This document shows positions 62,725-64,000 of a stretch of DNA of 64,000 nucleotides, piece by piece. Under the pieces are notes generated by a model. It ran no database searches and was not told the origin of the DNA. It saw only the letters and a list, made by a program, of their open reading frames with translations. This DNA comes from Nemertoderma westbladi (lineage: Eukaryota > Animalia > Xenacoelomorpha). The stretch is from the NCBI GenBank assembly GCA_032718475.1, contig JAUCBJ010001939.1, positions 1 to 64,000 of the forward strand, read 5' to 3'. The translations under genes and the position numbers were made by a program. The stretch's first letter is position 1; every line of letters starts with the position of its first letter.

Positions 62725-64000
62725 TACAACCACATCCATTGCGGAAAAGCCAACCAACCACCAAGGTTAAGGCTGAATCACCAGCCGATCGCCTCAATGG
62801 TTGGAAGGCCCACTTTGAAGAGCTCCTCAATAATGACAGGGTATTGCCTGATAACTTTATAGAAGTAAAAGTGTCTGAGTCTGTACTCCCAGATATTCCC
62901 ATTGGCGATATCTTGCTGCAAAGAGCATTAAGACCAATCATGCCAGTGGATTAGATGGTGTTCCCCCTGAGGTCTTTAAAATACCTGAGTGTTTAAAGCT
63001 CATCTATCCCACCATAGTAGACATGTACCGAACAACAAGAGTCCCACAAGAAATGAAAACAAATAAGTTGGTGCCAGTTCCTAAGAAGGGCAACCTAACA
63101 CTCTATGGTTCTTTTCGGGGAATCTCATTGATCTCGATTGCTGCAAAACTATACAATAGAATTATATTAAATCGCGTCAGGGATCCCATTGAGAGACTGC
63201 TCCGTGGAAATCAGAATGGGTTCCGTAAAGGTCGTGGGACCATGGAGCCCATTTTGGCACTTAGAAGGATAATTGAAGAGTTATCAAAAAAGAAAGACAG
63301 GCATCTGGCTGTTATCTTTGTTGACTTCTTCAAGGCCTTTGATTCAGTCTCTCGCTCACGTATGTTCAGCATACTTTCATTATATGGTATTCCTGATGAA
63401 ATTATTGCAGCAATGAGATCAGTATACGATGGTTCGACAACATTTGTGTCTACTGTTGACGGTGACACAGAACCATTTGAAGTGTTATGGGGCGTCCTCC
63501 AGGGAGACACACTTGCACCATTCTGTTCATAATTGTGGTTGACTATGTCCTACGCATGTCCTTAGATCATCATAATGATGATGGGGTGATGATAACTCCA
63601 CCTACTGGCTCCAGAAGTCGAGGTATTCCTGCCAAGTACCTAACTGATCGAGACTTTGCTGATGACTTAGGAGTACTCTCAGAATCACTAGAGGGAGCCC
63701 AACGGCTCCTCAGCTCATTAGAACATGCTGCTTCTAGTGTTGGTCTTTTTATTAACTCCAGAAAGACCAAAATTTTGACAGTTCACTTTGAAAGTCCTCA
63801 GCAAGTCTCTGATCGGATGAGCATAAGCTCAAAAGGATGGTATGCTTGAGCATGTGAACGACTTCTGTTACCTGGGATCATGGATCCGGAAGTCAGGTGA
63901 GGACCTTAAAATACGCAAGGGGAAGGGCAGTCTTGAATTGGCTTTCCAGGATTTGGAAGTCACCGAGAATTAATCGGCAACTTAAGGTCCGATTATTTAG
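62725..64000 (+). mobile_element. RTE-like LINE RT region, frameshifted, runs off window
   Basis: VPVPKKG, FRGISL, NQNGFRKGR, FVDFFKAFDSV, GVLQGDTLAP, FADD; 3' part near-identical to 52240-52470. Confidence 0.9.

Noticed and set aside
61945-62862. 305-aa Pro-rich ORF
   Set aside because: Translation of a C-rich minisatellite running into an RTE fragment.

Overview
Animal (invertebrate-type) nuclear DNA in two parts. (1) 1-14268 is the right-hand ~14 kb of a Maverick/Polinton (adintovirus-like endogenous virus). All genes are on the + strand: protein-primed PolB (broken by a stop and a frameshift), a TATA-binding-protein-like gene, a basic core protein, an internally deleted packaging ATPase, a small conserved ORF, RVE integrase with chromodomain, two tandem pentons, a degenerate exonuclease-like ORF, a second core protein, major capsid protein and adenain-type protease. 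A repeat-rich subterminal region follows and ends in ACTACT, apparently inserted in a LINE fragment. (2) 21647 to beyond 64000 is a glycogen phosphorylase gene (13 exons traced with consistent phases). Its introns are inflated by tandem arrays, LINEs (L2/Crack-like, RTE-like), a tRNA-derived SINE and Helentron-type non-autonomous elements. Its 21-kb intron 12 hosts three intact genes with intronless CDS (RRP40/EXOSC3, SEC61G, an SLC25A29-like carrier). Main leads: the Maverick TBP homolog with all four DNA-intercalating Phe retained; Maverick subterminal repeats matching the ends of a host dispersed element; the three-gene nested cluster; a G-rich satellite built from an exon end plus its splice donor; LINEs with long insertions before the RT catalytic motif and a covarying 3'UTR stem-loop. 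All calls come from manual motif recognition; no searches were run.
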